Below, one piece after another: positions 40,126 to 55,100 of a stretch of DNA of 64,000 bases. Location of the stretch: contig JAQGDQ010000023.1 in the NCBI GenBank assembly GCA_030141605.1, positions 124,001-188,000 on the forward strand. Direction: 5' to 3'. Under the pieces are notes generated by a model. The model made no database searches. It had not been told where the DNA came from and saw only the letters and a program-made list of their open reading frames with translations. Origin of the DNA: Tubiluchus corallicola. Its lineage: Eukaryota > Animalia > Priapulida. Every line of letters starts with the position of its first letter. Position 1 is the stretch's first letter. The position numbers and the translations under genes are program-made.

Positions 40126-43100
40126 TCAATCAAGATCTTGAGTATCGCGACGTCTCTTAATACATTTTTTCTGTAAAATGCAAAAAATTCCAAAGCAGCA
40201 AGCAATTGCAGCGAGATAAATCCATACAAGTTTTTTGAAAGACGGAGCTTCCTCTTCTACGGTCTCCTTTCCAGTATCATCACCAGCAAAAACTCCTATT
40301 TCTTCTAAAGAAACACATTTGATAAGTTTTGGACAATTCTTTACCTGTGCACCACAATCTGCACTTGTTAGCACACACTTTTGGCTGTTTTTTGGACAAG
40401 CAACACGTTCGCATGGAGAAGCTTTGCATTTACAGATGGGGCAAAGAGTTTCAGCATGACTCTCATACCCATGTAGGCACTCGACTGCACATTCACTGCT
40501 TACACCACAGTTAACATCTCTAGCAACGGAGCATCCAATGAAGGGTGAACCTGATGTTTGCATTGTACCTGGAATTTTCTGCCCTTCGCTTGTAACGCAC
40601 CACAATCGCTTACTATGTAAGTTAATTTGCACTGACTGATAATCACCATTACTCAAACACTGTGGCCGGTACAGTTCTTCAGACATAATTCGTGTCTCTG
40701 TTCCTGAGAGCACGTCGAAGTTTGCTTGTTCCACTTGGCAGGGAGTTAAATGCGGAGCAGAGCAAACAGAACCACAGTTTATAAAATGACAACATTTTTT
40801 CTCTGCTACGCAATCTCCGTCATTGTCACAGAAATGTCTAGGACATTGTTTAACAGTAAACGTTTCTTCACTAGGGCAACTTCCAACCTTTCTTACTTTC
40901 TCAAAAAAACATTTCGCAAGTTTTGGACACACTCCAGATCGACATTGTACATTGATGGCTTTACACTGCTGTGACGGCAGACATTTGATTTTTTTACATG
41001 GAGACGGTTTGCATTTACAAGTAGGACAAAGATTAGTCCTCTCTACTGAATAACCAAAAATACATTTCGTGGGGCAGTTTGTTTCATCAAAGTCGCATAA
41101 ACTTTGACCAGTGACCAAAGGAATTGAGCACACCTTCCCGCAACGTAAACTCTCGCAGCACAGTTCTGTTTCATTACAGTCATTATCATGGTTGCAAAAA
41201 TGTTCTTGACACTCATCAAAATAATATTCTATAGAATTCCGGCACATCCTATTACTCCGTCTAGCTTGTATACACATTGTTGCTTGTAAAAAGTCTGTGG
41301 ACAGTTTTGTTCCGGGAATAGGATAACCCTGTTTCGTAACACACCAAGCATAACCACCCCTGGTATGAAACTGGAACGGACTATATTCTCCATTGCTTAG
41401 ACACTTCGGTGGATGAACGTAATCTAGTAGGTGTGACTCTAACAGTAAGTGGTCACCATTTGCCTGCTCAACCTGGCACTTGGTAAATATTGGTATGGAA
41501 CAAATTCGGCCACATGATTTAGATGAACAGCATTTTTCTTCTGCAGGACAATCCACATCAGTGTTACATGATAATCTGGGGCACTCACTCAAAGTCAGCT
41601 TATTAGAATCAGGACAGGTGCCTACTTTGTTTCTTTGAATGTCTTCGCATCTTACAAGCGCAGGACAAGAAATGCCTCCACACTTTACAATAACTGTATT
41701 GCAAACCTGCGAACCAGGACAGACGACACCTTCACATGGAGAATGTTTACACTTACAAAAAGGACAAAGTGTCTCAGCGTCAACTGCATATCCGAAGTCA
41801 CACTTTAGACTACACTCTTTTATATTGTAAGCACATAACTGCAAGCCCGCAAGCATTGGAATTGAGCACACATTACCACATCGAGCAGACGGACAACATT
41901 TTTCTAATCCTTGACAATCTGAATCTTTGACACATTTATGAAGAGGACACTTTCTCAAGCCAATTTTGTCAATACATATGCCAGGCTTTAGTTCAAACAT
42001 TAATGGGCTATAGCAAACAGTGCCACATGTGTCCAAATAACAACATTTTTTATCTGCAGGACAGTCAATGTCATTATAGCATGATTTATTAGGACAAAAC
42101 TTATCGTCTGGGTGTAAAAACGCAGGACAAATTCCTTCTTTATTTAGCGATAACATTGAAGTAGGGCAATTAGAACTGCAGGTTTTGAAACTACAGCATC
42201 TTTTCCCTTTTGGACATTCCTCGTCACATTGGTCACCAAAACACTTTAGATTTGTACTAGATTTATCACAACCTTTGTGCTCACTCACATTAAGTACAGC
42301 TTTATTGCACGTTGTTGCACATATTTGAATATCACAACACTTTTGCTCACCAAAGCATTCAGCATGTGAAACACAAGATTTTCCTACAGATTTCTTGACT
42401 TCACATAGCTCAGAATCATTGCACACAACAAAATTATTCAAACTTAACACTGGAGTAGAACAGACACTACCACATGCAACAAAATGACAACATTTCTGGT
42501 TTGATGGACAACTGATATCATTTCTGCATGACTGAGACGGGCACTGTGCCGCACTAAAATATCCTGGTTGGTGACACAGTCCAGGTTTATTAATATTTAG
42601 TAAAGGAGTAAAACAAACATTGCCACATACATCAAAATAACAGCACTTTTGGTCTCCCAAACAATCACTGTTTGTCTGGCAAGACTGTACTGGACACCCA
42701 TCTCGTTGAGTAAATGTATCAGAATTATAACAAACCCCAGCTTTGCTTCTTGTTGCTTCACAATCAAAGGGCGGTGAGTCTGCTAGCTGCTTGGTTCCTG
42801 GAATTGGATGACCCTCTGCTGTCACACACCAAGAGTAGCCTCGGTAAAACTGCATTGCACTATAATAACCAGTACTGGAACATTGAGGTCGATAAACATT
42901 GGCAGTAAACTGATCTTGGTATTGTAATTTCAGATCAACATTTGATTGTTCTATTAAGCATGCTGTTAACACAGTAACCTGACATACCATCCCACAGGAG
43001 CTAAAATTACAACATTTTCTTGCAGGTCCACAATCAATGTCTTTATCACATTTTTTTCTGGGACACAGCTTGCCTTCAAATGCTCTAAAATCTTGACAAA

Positions 43101-46100
43101 TTCCTTTAATTTCTAATAAGTTCTTTGTATCAATCACTTGTATGAGTGTAGGCATGCACTTTCCAAGTTTTGGACAAAAAGCCATTCCACACCCCGGAAA
43201 GTCAATTGTTCTACATTCTTCTGATGGAGGACATTTGACTCCTTCACATGGCGAAGGCTTACATTGACAGGTTGCACAAAGAGTAATATTGTTCACAGCG
43301 TACCCATAAATACATGAAAGCTGACAGTCATCTAGGTTAACATCACAGGTCAATGAAGTATTATATTCAGGGTCAGTACATACCATACCACAAACATCAA
43401 AATGACAACATTTCTGTTTGTCAGGGCAATCTACATCATTGCTACAAGAATTATGTGAACAACTTCTATTGCTAGATGAGTTTGGACAAAGTCCTGACTT
43501 TACTATGGATACAATAGGCATCACACAGACACTCCCACAATCACCAATATTGCAGCACTTCTCCTCCAATGGACATTCAATGTCATTGTAACAAAACTGA
43601 GATGGGCAAGACAATTTTTTATATTTTAATGACTGAGGACAAATTCCTCGCTTGTTGACTGAGAGAATTGACTTGAAACAGACATTCCCGCAGCCAATAA
43701 AAGAACAACACTTTTCGTCATCTGGGCAATCACTGTCAACTTTGCAAAATTTGCTTGGACATTCACTGTCTCTAAGTTTTTCAAAATTGTGACAAACTCC
43801 TGGTTTAGGATCATTTGGTATGGGGTCTAAGCAAACAAAGCCACAGTGTTTGAGCCAACAGCATTTTTCTTTTTGTGGGCACTCAGTATCACTGCTACAA
43901 GACTGAGGTGGGCACATTACAATATCCACATTCTTTACATTGTAGCATATACCAGGTTTGTTTGCAGTTGTTATTAAAGGAGACGAGCAAACCCATTCAC
44001 ACTCTCTGAATCTACAACATTTTTGCAAATTTGGACAATCGATATCATTAATGCAGGTCTGCAATGGACAGTCAGTTTTTTGATAATAGTGAGGAGCCAA
44101 ACAAATGCCAGGTTTGTTCACATTCAGTAGGGGACTAGAACACACACTCCCACATTCATCATTCCAACAACATTTATCATTCACTGGGCAATCACCATCG
44201 TTGTTACACTGGTATGAACAGTTAGTAAGATCAGTATCTTGAAAACTGTAGCAAGAGCCCTTTTTGGCTGTTATTGCAGCACAGTTAGGAGAAGACGATA
44301 CTAGACTCTTTTTTGTCCCAGGAATTGGCTCTCCTTTTAAAGTTACGCACCAGAAATAACCAGTACTGTCATCTATTTGAATTTGGCTATACATGCCATT
44401 ATTATCACACTGTGGGATATACATTTCACTTGTTTTTCCAGTACTTAACAATTTGTAAAGGGCACTAGCTCGATCAACTTGGCATGCCGTTAATATAGGA
44501 GTAATGCAAATCCACCCAGAATTTTCAAAATAGCAGCACCTTTCTTCTGCTTGGCAGCTTATATCATTGTTACAAGGCTGATGCAGAGAATCATTTCTGG
44601 CGAAGCTATAGGTGTTTGGACATGTTCCAGGTTTAGTTGGAGCATCAAAACATTTTGGAAGTTTTGGACAATAATTATAATCACAGTCCAAATCTACAAC
44701 GCTACACACCTGTGACCTATGACATTTTATCCTTTTGCAAGGAGAATCATTACAGCCATAAGTAGGACACAGAGTTTCATTATGAATTTGATATCCATAA
44801 ATGCACTTTTTTGGGCAGCCTTTTTCTTTAAAATGACATTCGTTTAGCCCAAATCTTGCTGGTTGTACACATATTTTCCCACATGATAATATATTGCAGC
44901 ATTTTTGCCTGCCAAAGCAATCAACATCATTCTGACATGGCTGGCCAAAACAGTCATCATTAGGAATTTTCACGGGACAAACTCCTTCTTTTATACCAGA
45001 TAATATAGGAGTGCAGCAAACAGTGCCACAACGATTAAATACGCAGCACTTCTCTGAAAATTTGCAATCAATGTCGTTTTGGCAAGTTCGTGAAGGACAA
45101 CTACTAGCATAAAATGTATTAAAATCTGGGCAGATACCTGGATTGTTTAAAGACAGTATGGGGACAGAGCAAACATTTCCACATTCATCTGAATGACAAC
45201 ACTTTTCTCCAGCTGAACAATCAAAATCATTTTTGCACAACTGCAGTGGACACTTCGCAAAGGTTTTGATATTAGAACAAATACCTGGTGTGCTTCTTAC
45301 CATGCTGGCTGCATAACAGACATGTCCACATCCCTTGAAAACGCAGCATTTCATAGACGAAGGACAGTCAAAGTCACTGCTGCATTGTTGCTTTGGACAA
45401 TCTTTACCTTTCAACTTATTAAACACATGGCAAGTACCAGGTTTGCTCACAACTGTGATGGGGTCAAAGCAAACTTGTCCACAAGCAAAAAACTGGCAAC
45501 ACTTCTTGCTGTCTTTGCAATAAATATCATTTGTGCATGGCTGAGGTGGGCACTTCTTTCCATCGAAATAATCTGGAGGCTGGCACACTCCTGGTTTGTT
45601 AATACTTAATAAAGATGTGTGGCAAACTTTTCCACAATGCTCAGTACCACAGCATTTTTCTTCTGCTGGACAATCGACATCTGTTGCACAAGAATATTTA
45701 GGACAGCCAACGCTACTATAATTTACAATACCATGACAAATTCCAGGTTTTTCCACTAAAGCAGCACAGTCAAATGGTAACAAACCTGGTGACCTTTTTG
45801 TACCTGGTACTGGTACTCCATCTTCTGTAACACACCAAGAGAAATTTTTATGAGTTTGTGAAGGATTGTAGTCTCCATTCTTCAGGCAGAGTGGTCGGTA
45901 GATTTCTGATAAATCTTTAGTCATACTTTGCATTCTGAAATTAAATATTGTTAATTCGGTTTGGCAAGCAGACAACATAGGGGTTGCACATACAGCCTCA
46001 ATTTTCTCAAACTGACAACACTTCTCCTCTGCAGGACACTGACTGTCAACTACACAACGCTTCGGCAAACCAGTTGCGGTCATATTTTGGGGACATTTTC

Positions 46101-49100
46101 CGACTTTTGTCACAACTAAACACCTTGCCAGTTTCGGACAGAAATCACTGTGGCAGTGCACATCGACGAGAACACATTCCTCTCCTTCACCGCATTTAAT
46201 AGCATTGCACGGAGAAGGTTTGCAATTGCAAGTGGGGCAAAGTGTTTGATTATCAAATACATAACCATGTACACATTTAACTGAACAATCTTCAATAGAC
46301 ACTTCACATAACTGATGTCTAATACCAATCACTATAGAGCATACTTTTCCACAAGAAATCGATGTGCAGCACTTCTGCACACCAGGACAATCAACATCTG
46401 CATTACAGCTACGATTATTACAATCAGTAATATTAACTTTGTCAGGGCACGTGCCTGACTTTCTTACATTAAGCAATGGCTCAGAACAAACCATTCCACA
46501 ACCTGCAACTTGACAGCATTTCTGCTCCAGAGGACACTCTATGTCATTAGCACAAGCCTGAATCGGACATCTGGCAGAACTGGTGGTAAGAGTAGGACAA
46601 AGACCCGGTTTGTTTTCAGAATATATAGGCAATGAGCAAATGTTTCCACATAGCTCAGAAAAACAGCACTTTTGGTTTCCAGAACAGTCATCATCTACAA
46701 CACAGGACTCAGTAAGACATTCTCTGTTTTCGTGTTTATCATCATTGGGACATAAGCCCTTTTTATTACCAGTAAACATAGGAGTAAAACAGACTTTGCC
46801 ACAGGCCTCAAAATGGCAACACTTGTCCCGAAGCGGGCAGTCTATATCATACTTGCAGTGAGCACTTGGACATATTCTCATGTCAAATGTTTGTGAATTA
46901 TGACATAACCCTGGTTTACTTACAACTGGAAAAGGATTGACGCAGACGCTTCCACAGTGACCAAACCGGCAGCACTTTTGTGAACCGTGACAATAAATAT
47001 CATTGCTGCAAGACTGAGGGGGGCAATTACTTTCAGAGAGCATAGCTGGCTCGGGACAAATTCCAAGTTTATTAAGCGACAATAGAGGTGGAATACAAAC
47101 TTTTCCACATGCATCAAATTGACAGCAGATTTCAGATACTAAGCAGTCACTATCATTGCTACACAAGCTTGAAGGACATTTGCCCTTTTCAAAATAATTA
47201 GCTTCATAGCAAAGTTTTGCATAGTTGCCTAATGAATGACAACTTATGAGAACTGGATCATATAATTCCAACTTTTGCTTTGAACCTGGTACAGGAAAAC
47301 CGTCCTTGTCAACACACCAGAAATCACCAAGGCTTTTATTAATTTGAACAGGATTATAGTAACCCTTGTTATGGCAATTGGGCTGAAAAATATCTGTAGT
47401 TTCATTATCAAAATCTGATATTACATTCATAAGTTTGAAATTAGCTTGTTCAATCTGACAGGCAGTGAGTACTGGAGTTACACAAACTCTTTCACAGCAT
47501 CTCTCTTCTGCGGGGCATTCAAAATCATCAACACATGGCTGACCGGAAAAGGTACTATCAAACGCTGCACTTCTCCTTGGACACACTCCTGGTTTAAAAA
47601 AGTTAGAGCACTCGGCTAGTTTAGGACAAAATTTGAAGCCACAATCAACATCAACCAACTCACATTGTTGTGAAACCAAACATATTACATCTTGGCACGG
47701 AGAAGGTTTACAGTCACAAGTTGGGCACAGAGTATTATTATCTACTATATAACCATGAATGCATTTTTTAGGGCATTTATCCAAGCTAATAGAACATTTG
47801 TGCGAATCTGTGATTTGATCGAACTTACAGACAATGTACAATGATTCTGGTGACTGTTTTGATCCCGGAATTGGAATACCATTCTTGTCAACGCACCAGG
47901 AATACCCTGTTTTATGCGACTTTTGGATAGGTTTAAAGTCGCCGTTATCCAAACATTCAGAAATTACTGAAACAGAAGGTTTGAACCGAGCATTAGCATA
48001 TTCTATTTGACAAGGTGTTAATACAGGTATAACACAGGTGCTACCACATGCTGCAAAGTAGCAGCAAAGTTCCACAACTGCACACTCCCTGTCAGAAGAA
48101 CAAGTACGAACAGGACAAGAACTGCTATTTAATAATCTTGGAGATGGACAAACTCCAGCTTTCTTCACTCTCTTACACTTAGCAAGTTTTGGACAAAAAG
48201 AAGCACCACAATCAGTGTCTACAACATCACATATCTGTGATTCTCTACATTTCACACTAAAACAAGGAGAAGGTTTGCATGTACAAGTAGGGCACAATGT
48301 TTCTGGGTCATTCTCATAGCCATAGATGCAATCCTTTTGGCAACTGTAGATACTAAAGTTGCATGCACTGTTAAATGGAATGACACACACTTGGCCACAA
48401 GGAAAAATTTGGCAACACCTTTTTTCTCCCAGACAGTCAAGATCATTTCTACAAACCTGTGGAGGACATACTCTGCCATTGAAAACAGATGGACAAATCC
48501 CCGGCTTTTCACCAACTGTGACTGGTTTATAGCAAACATTACCACACTTTCTAAAAGTGCAACATTTCTCTTCTGCAGGACAGTGAATATCATTATAACA
48601 TGATGCAATCGGGCATTTTCTGAAATCGAACTCATCATATCTATAGCATATACCAGGTTTATTTATGGATAATAAAGGTTTCATGCACACGTTTCCACAC
48701 TTACTAAAGTGGCAACATTTTTCAAGTTCATAGCAGTCTGTGTCAATCGTGCACATGTTGGTGGGACACTTTATGCCATAAAAGTAATTCTCATCATGGC
48801 AAATTCCTGGTTTAATTCCCAATATCAATGGTTTATAGCATATGTTACCACACAGTGTAAAATAGCAACATTTCTCTTCAAAGGGGCAATCGATATCAAA
48901 ACTACAAAGTGTAGACGGGCAGCTTTTACCGTCAAATTCATCAGATCTGTAGCACGATCCTGGTTTCTTAGTAGATTTTAAGGGAGAAATACAAATGTGC
49001 CCACAAGTTACAAAATAGCAACACTTTTGTTGTTTTAAACAATCAACATCATTATTACATTGAGGCAAATTTTGGCATTCACTTTTATTGTATGGAGGCA

Positions 49101-52100
49101 GAATAGGGCAAATGCCTGGTTTGTTCATGTTTAGTAATGGAGTGTAACAAATCTTCCCACATGCATCAAAATAGCAACATCTCTTATCTCCTGGGCATTC
49201 ACTATCACTGCTACAAAAATGAGTTGGACACTCGCTACTTTTCAACATACTGGAACTATGACAAATTCCAATTTTATTCCTTGCAACATTACAATCATAC
49301 GGCAAGTGTCGACCTTGCCGCTTTGTTCCAGGAATTGCAATGCCATTATAGGAAACACACCAAGAAGAACTGAAAATTTCATCAAACTGTAATGGTTTAT
49401 AATGGCCATTATTCAGACATTTTGACTTGGCTAGTCTTGGCAGTTCAGCACGTGTTCCTAACATGTGTAAATTTAAATTTGCTTGTTCAATTTGGCATGC
49501 GGTCAGTTCGGGTGAAACACAGACTCTTTTACAATTACGAAAAAAGCAGCACTTTTCCTCTCCTGGACAACCTGCATCCGTTCTACAAAGCTGAGATGGA
49601 CAGCTTACTTGAAGAAATTTGTCTGATCTTGGACACTTTCCTTCCTTTACATTTTCCATGCAGCTAGCCAGGTAGGGACAAAAAAGACTCCCACATTTCT
49701 TTTTGGTTAATTTGCATGTCAGTGAACCCGGGCATATAACATTGTCACATGGAGATGGTTTACAGTCACATGTAGAGCAAAGTGTTTTAGTATCTTTCAT
49801 ATATCCAAATATACATTTCTTCTTACAGTTTTCTACACTAAATTTGCAAGATTCCTGTAAACTGCTAACTACTGATATCAAGCAAACATTTCCACAAGAC
49901 ATAGTTCTACAACATTTTTGCAGTCCAGGACAATCAATATCATCAATGCAAGACTGTGATTGACACTCAACATCATTTACAAGGTTTGGGCAAGTACCAG
50001 GCTTTACACCATGATAAAACAATTTGCTACAGATAGTTCCACATTGTGCAGAGAAGCAGCATTTCTCTTCAGAGGAGCAATCTATGTCATTGTAACAGGT
50101 CTGGTTTGGACAAGAATATCCAAAGCCAATATCTGTAAAACAAATCCCGTGCCTTTCCTCCGACAATACTGGAGAAGAGCAAACACTACCGCAAGTATCA
50201 AACCAACAACATTTTTCTTTAGCTGGACAATCCTTATCAAGCTCACAAAATCGGCTTGGGCACTCAACATTGTCAAACTTACTAGGTTCATAACAATGAC
50301 CAGGCTTATTTCCATTCATCATAGCCGCATAGCACACTTTACCACACCCATCAAAATAACAGCATTTTTGCTTATCGGGACAGTTAATATCAGTACTACA
50401 ATACTTTGAAGGACACTCTAAATTCATTAATCTACTTGTATTATGGCATCTACCTGGTTTACTCTCAATTGTAATTGGAGACACACAGACATACCCACAT
50501 GCAAAAAACCTGCAACATTTTTTCTCTCCATTGCAATCATCATCAGCAGTGCATACTGCATTTGGGCACTCACTTTTGCCAATGTAATCTGGTACTGGAC
50601 AAAGTCCAAGTTTTTTTGAGCTTAACACAATGGAAGTGCAAACCTTCCCACATGCACCAATTATGCAACACTTGTGTTCAGGTAAACAATCATTATCGCT
50701 GCTGCATGACATACGTAGATGGTCAAGTGCAGAACAATTAATGTCTGGAAAATTTTCAGTGATGTTAGGACAAATACCCGGTCTCCTTATAAAAGTACTG
50801 CAATCAGAAGGTAAAATTCCCTTTTGCCTTTTAGTTCCAGGAATTGCATGACCGGATTGCAAGACACACCAAGTGAAACCATGGGCATCATGAAATTGCA
50901 AGGGACTATAGCCTGTTTGGGAACACTCTGGTCGATCAATTCCTGGATCAACTCCTAACAAGTGAAGATCAGCATTTGCTTGCTCGATTCCACATACCGT
51001 TAATGATGAAGATATGCAACTCAAACCATACTCAGGAACAGCAGTATTCAAGCGATCAGGTAAGCACCTTGTCTGAGAGCAGGTGAGCGTATAACCTAAT
51101 AAACAATTACAACTGTAATAATTTATACCATCCACACAAGTTTCATCCTTTAAACAAGGATTAGATGCACAATCATCTATATTTGTTTCACAGTAAGTGC
51201 CTGTATAACCTAGTTGACAACTACACTTAAAAGAGTTAACAAAATTTGTACATGTTGCATCATTCAAACAATGGTTAAGGTTGCAAAAATCAATGGTTTC
51301 TTCACAATTGATGCCTGTATATCCTGAGGCACAGTTACAAACATATAAATTGATACTGTCTGTGCATATTGCACCATTCAGACAAGGTTTAGATTTACAT
51401 TCATCTATATTTATTTCGCAGTTTATACCTGCGTAACCTGATACACATATACATGTAAAGGACTGCAAACTTCCCACACAGGTTGCTCCATTAAAACACA
51501 GCCCACACTCAGAGACACTTACTGGATCCTTACAAGTTGAACCTGTATAACCGAAAGCACATATACAAGAATATGAATGTCTATTATCCAAGCATGTTGC
51601 ACCATTTAAACAAGGTTTTGAATCACATTTGCCTGTATTTAATTCACAATTGTCACCACTATAACCAGGTACACACAAGCAGTGGTAAGAATTTATACTG
51701 TCAACACATGATGCACTATTTGAACACGGACTTGAGGCACATTCATCGATATTTGTCTGACAGTAAATGCCAGTATAACCAGCAGCACATATGCATCTGT
51801 ATGAATTCACATCATCTATACACATTGCTCTATTCAGACAAGGACTTGAAACACACTCATCAATGTTTACTTCACAGGTGATGCCTATGTAACCTGACAC
51901 ACAGATGCAGTTATAAGAGTTCACGTCATCCAAACACAGCGCACTATTTAAGCATGGATTTGAGGAACACTCATCAATGTTTATTTCACAGTTGATGCCT
52001 ATATAACCTGCGACACATGTACAGTTATATGAGTTAACGTCACCTAAGCATGTTGCACCATTTAAGCATGGACTAGAGGCACATTCATCAACGTTTATTC

Positions 52101-55100
52101 CACAGTTGGCACCCGAATACCCAGCCACACATGTGCAGCTGTATGAGTTTACATCATCTAAGCACACTGCACCATTCAAGCATGGACTTGAGGCACATTC
52201 ATCTACATTTATTTCACAGGTGACACCTGAATAACCAGCCACACATGTGCAGTTATATGAGTTACCGTCACCTAAGCATATTGCACCATTTAAGCATGGA
52301 CCAGAGGCACATTCATCAATGTTTATTTCACAGTTAGTTCCTGCATAGCCTGCCACACATGTGCAGTTATATGAGTTTACATCATCTAAGCATGTTGCAT
52401 CATTTAAGCATGGACTTGAGACACATTCATCAATATTTATTTCACAGTCAATGCCTGCATAACCTGCAACACATGCACAGTTATATAAGTTTACATCATC
52501 TAAGCATGTTGCATCATTTAAGCAAGGACTTGAGGCACATTCATCAATGTTCATTTCACAGTTGATGCCTGTATAACCTGCCACACATGTGCAGTTATAT
52601 GAGTTTACATCATCTAAGCATGTTGCACCATTTAAGCATGGACTTGAGGTACATTCGTTTATATTTATTTCACAGTTGGCACCTACATAACCAGCCACAC
52701 ATGTGCAGTTATATGAGTGTACATCATCTAAGCATAGTGCACCATTTAAGCATGGACTTGAGGCACATTCATCTACATTTATTTCACAGGTGACACCTGA
52801 ATAACCAGCCACACATGTACAGTTATATGAGTTACCATCACCTAAGCATATTGCACCATTTAAGCATGGACTAGAGGCACATTCATCAACGTTTATTTCA
52901 CAGTTAGTTCCTGCATGGCCTGCCACACATGTGCAGTTATATGAGTTTACATCATCTAAGCATGTTGCACCGTTTAAGCATGGACTTGAGACACATTCAT
53001 CAATATTTATTTCACAGTCAATGCCTGCATAACCTGCAACACATGCACAGTTATATGAGTTTACATCATCTAAGCACGCTGCACCATTTAAACATGGACT
53101 TGAGGCACATTCGTCAATGTTTGTTTCGCAGTTATTGCTTGCGTAACCTGCAACACATGTGCAGTTATATGAGTTAATATCATCTAAGCAAATTGCATCA
53201 TTTAAACATGGACTTGAGGCACATTCATCAATGTTTATTTCACAGCTGATGCCTGTATAACCTGCCACACATGTGCAGTTATATACGTTTANNNNNNNNN
53301 NNNNNNNNNNNNNNNNNNNNNNNNNNNTGCAGTTATATGAGTTTACATCATCTAAGCATGTTGCACCATTTAAGCATGGACTTGAGGCACATTCATCAAT
53401 GTTTATTTCACAGTTGATGCCTGTATAACCTGCCACACATGTGCAGTTATATGAGTTTACATCATCTAAGCATGTTGCATCATTTAAGCATGGACTTGAG
53501 GCACATTCATCTACATTTATTTCACAGTTGATGCCTGTATAACCGGCCATGCATGTGCAGTTATATGAGTTTACATCATCTAAGCATGTTGCACCATTTA
53601 AGCACGGACTTGAGGCACATTCATCTACATTTAATTCACAGTTGACACCTGAATAACCAGCCACACATGTGCAGTTATATGAGTCTACATCATCTAAACA
53701 TGTTGCACCATTTAAGCATGGACTTGAGGCACATTCATCAACGTTTATTTCGCAGTTCAAACCTGTATAGCCAGCCATACATGTGCAGTTATATGAGTTT
53801 ACATCATCTAAGCATGTTGCACCATTTAAGCACGGACTTGAGGCACATTCATCAATGTTTATTTCACAGTTGTTGCCTGTATAACCTGCCACACATGTGC
53901 AGTTATATGAGTTTACATCATCTAAGCATGTTGCACCATTTAAGCACGGACTTGAGGCACATTCATCTACATTTAATTCACAGTTGACACCTGAATAACC
54001 AGCCACACATGTGCAGTTATATGAGTCTACATCATCTAAACATGTTGCACCATTTAAGCATGGACTTGAGGCACATTCATCAACGTTTATTTCGCAGTTC
54101 AAACCTGTATAGCCAGCCATACATGTGCAGTTATATGAGTTTACATCATCTAAGCATGTTGCACCATTTAAGCACGGACTTGAGGCACATTCATCAATGT
54201 TTATTTCACAGTTGTTGCCTGTATAACCAGCCACACATGTGCAGTTATATGAGTTTACATCATCTAAGCATGTTGCACCATTTAAGCACGGACTTGTGGC
54301 ACATTCGTCAATGCTTATTTCACAGTTGATGCCTGTATAACCAGCCACACATGTGCAGTTATATGAGTTTACATCATCTAAGCATGTTGCACCATTTAAG
54401 CATGGACTTGAGGCACATTCATCAATGTTTATTTCACAGTTGATGCCTGTATAACCAGCCACACATGTGCAGTTATATGAGTTTACATCATCTAAGCATG
54501 TTGCACCATTTAAGCATGGACTTGAGGCACATTCATCAATGTTTATTTCACAGTTGATGCCTGTATAACCTGCCACACATGTGCAGTTATATGAGTTTAC
54601 ATCATCTAAGCATGTTGCACCATTTAAGCACGGACTTGAGGCACATTCATCTACATTTATTTCACAGTTGAAACCTGTATAACCAGCCAAACAAGTGCAG
54701 TTATATGAGTTTACATCATCTAAGCATGTTGCACCATTTAAGCATGGACTTGAGGCACATTCGTCAATGTTTGTTTCACAGTTGATGCCTGTATAACCAG
54801 CCACACATGTGCAGTTATATGAGTTTACATCATCTAAGCATGTTGCATCATTTAAACATGGACTTGAGGCACATTCATCTACATTTATTTCACAGTTGAT
54901 GCCTGTATAACCGGCCATGCATGTGCAGTTATATGAGTTTACATCATCTAAGCATGTTGCACCATTTAAGCATGGACTTGAGGCACATTCATCAATGTTT
55001 ATTTCACAGTTGTTGCCTGTATAACCTGCCACACATGTGCAGTTATATGAGTTTACATCATCTAAGCATGTTGCACCATTTAAGCATGGACTTGAGGCAC

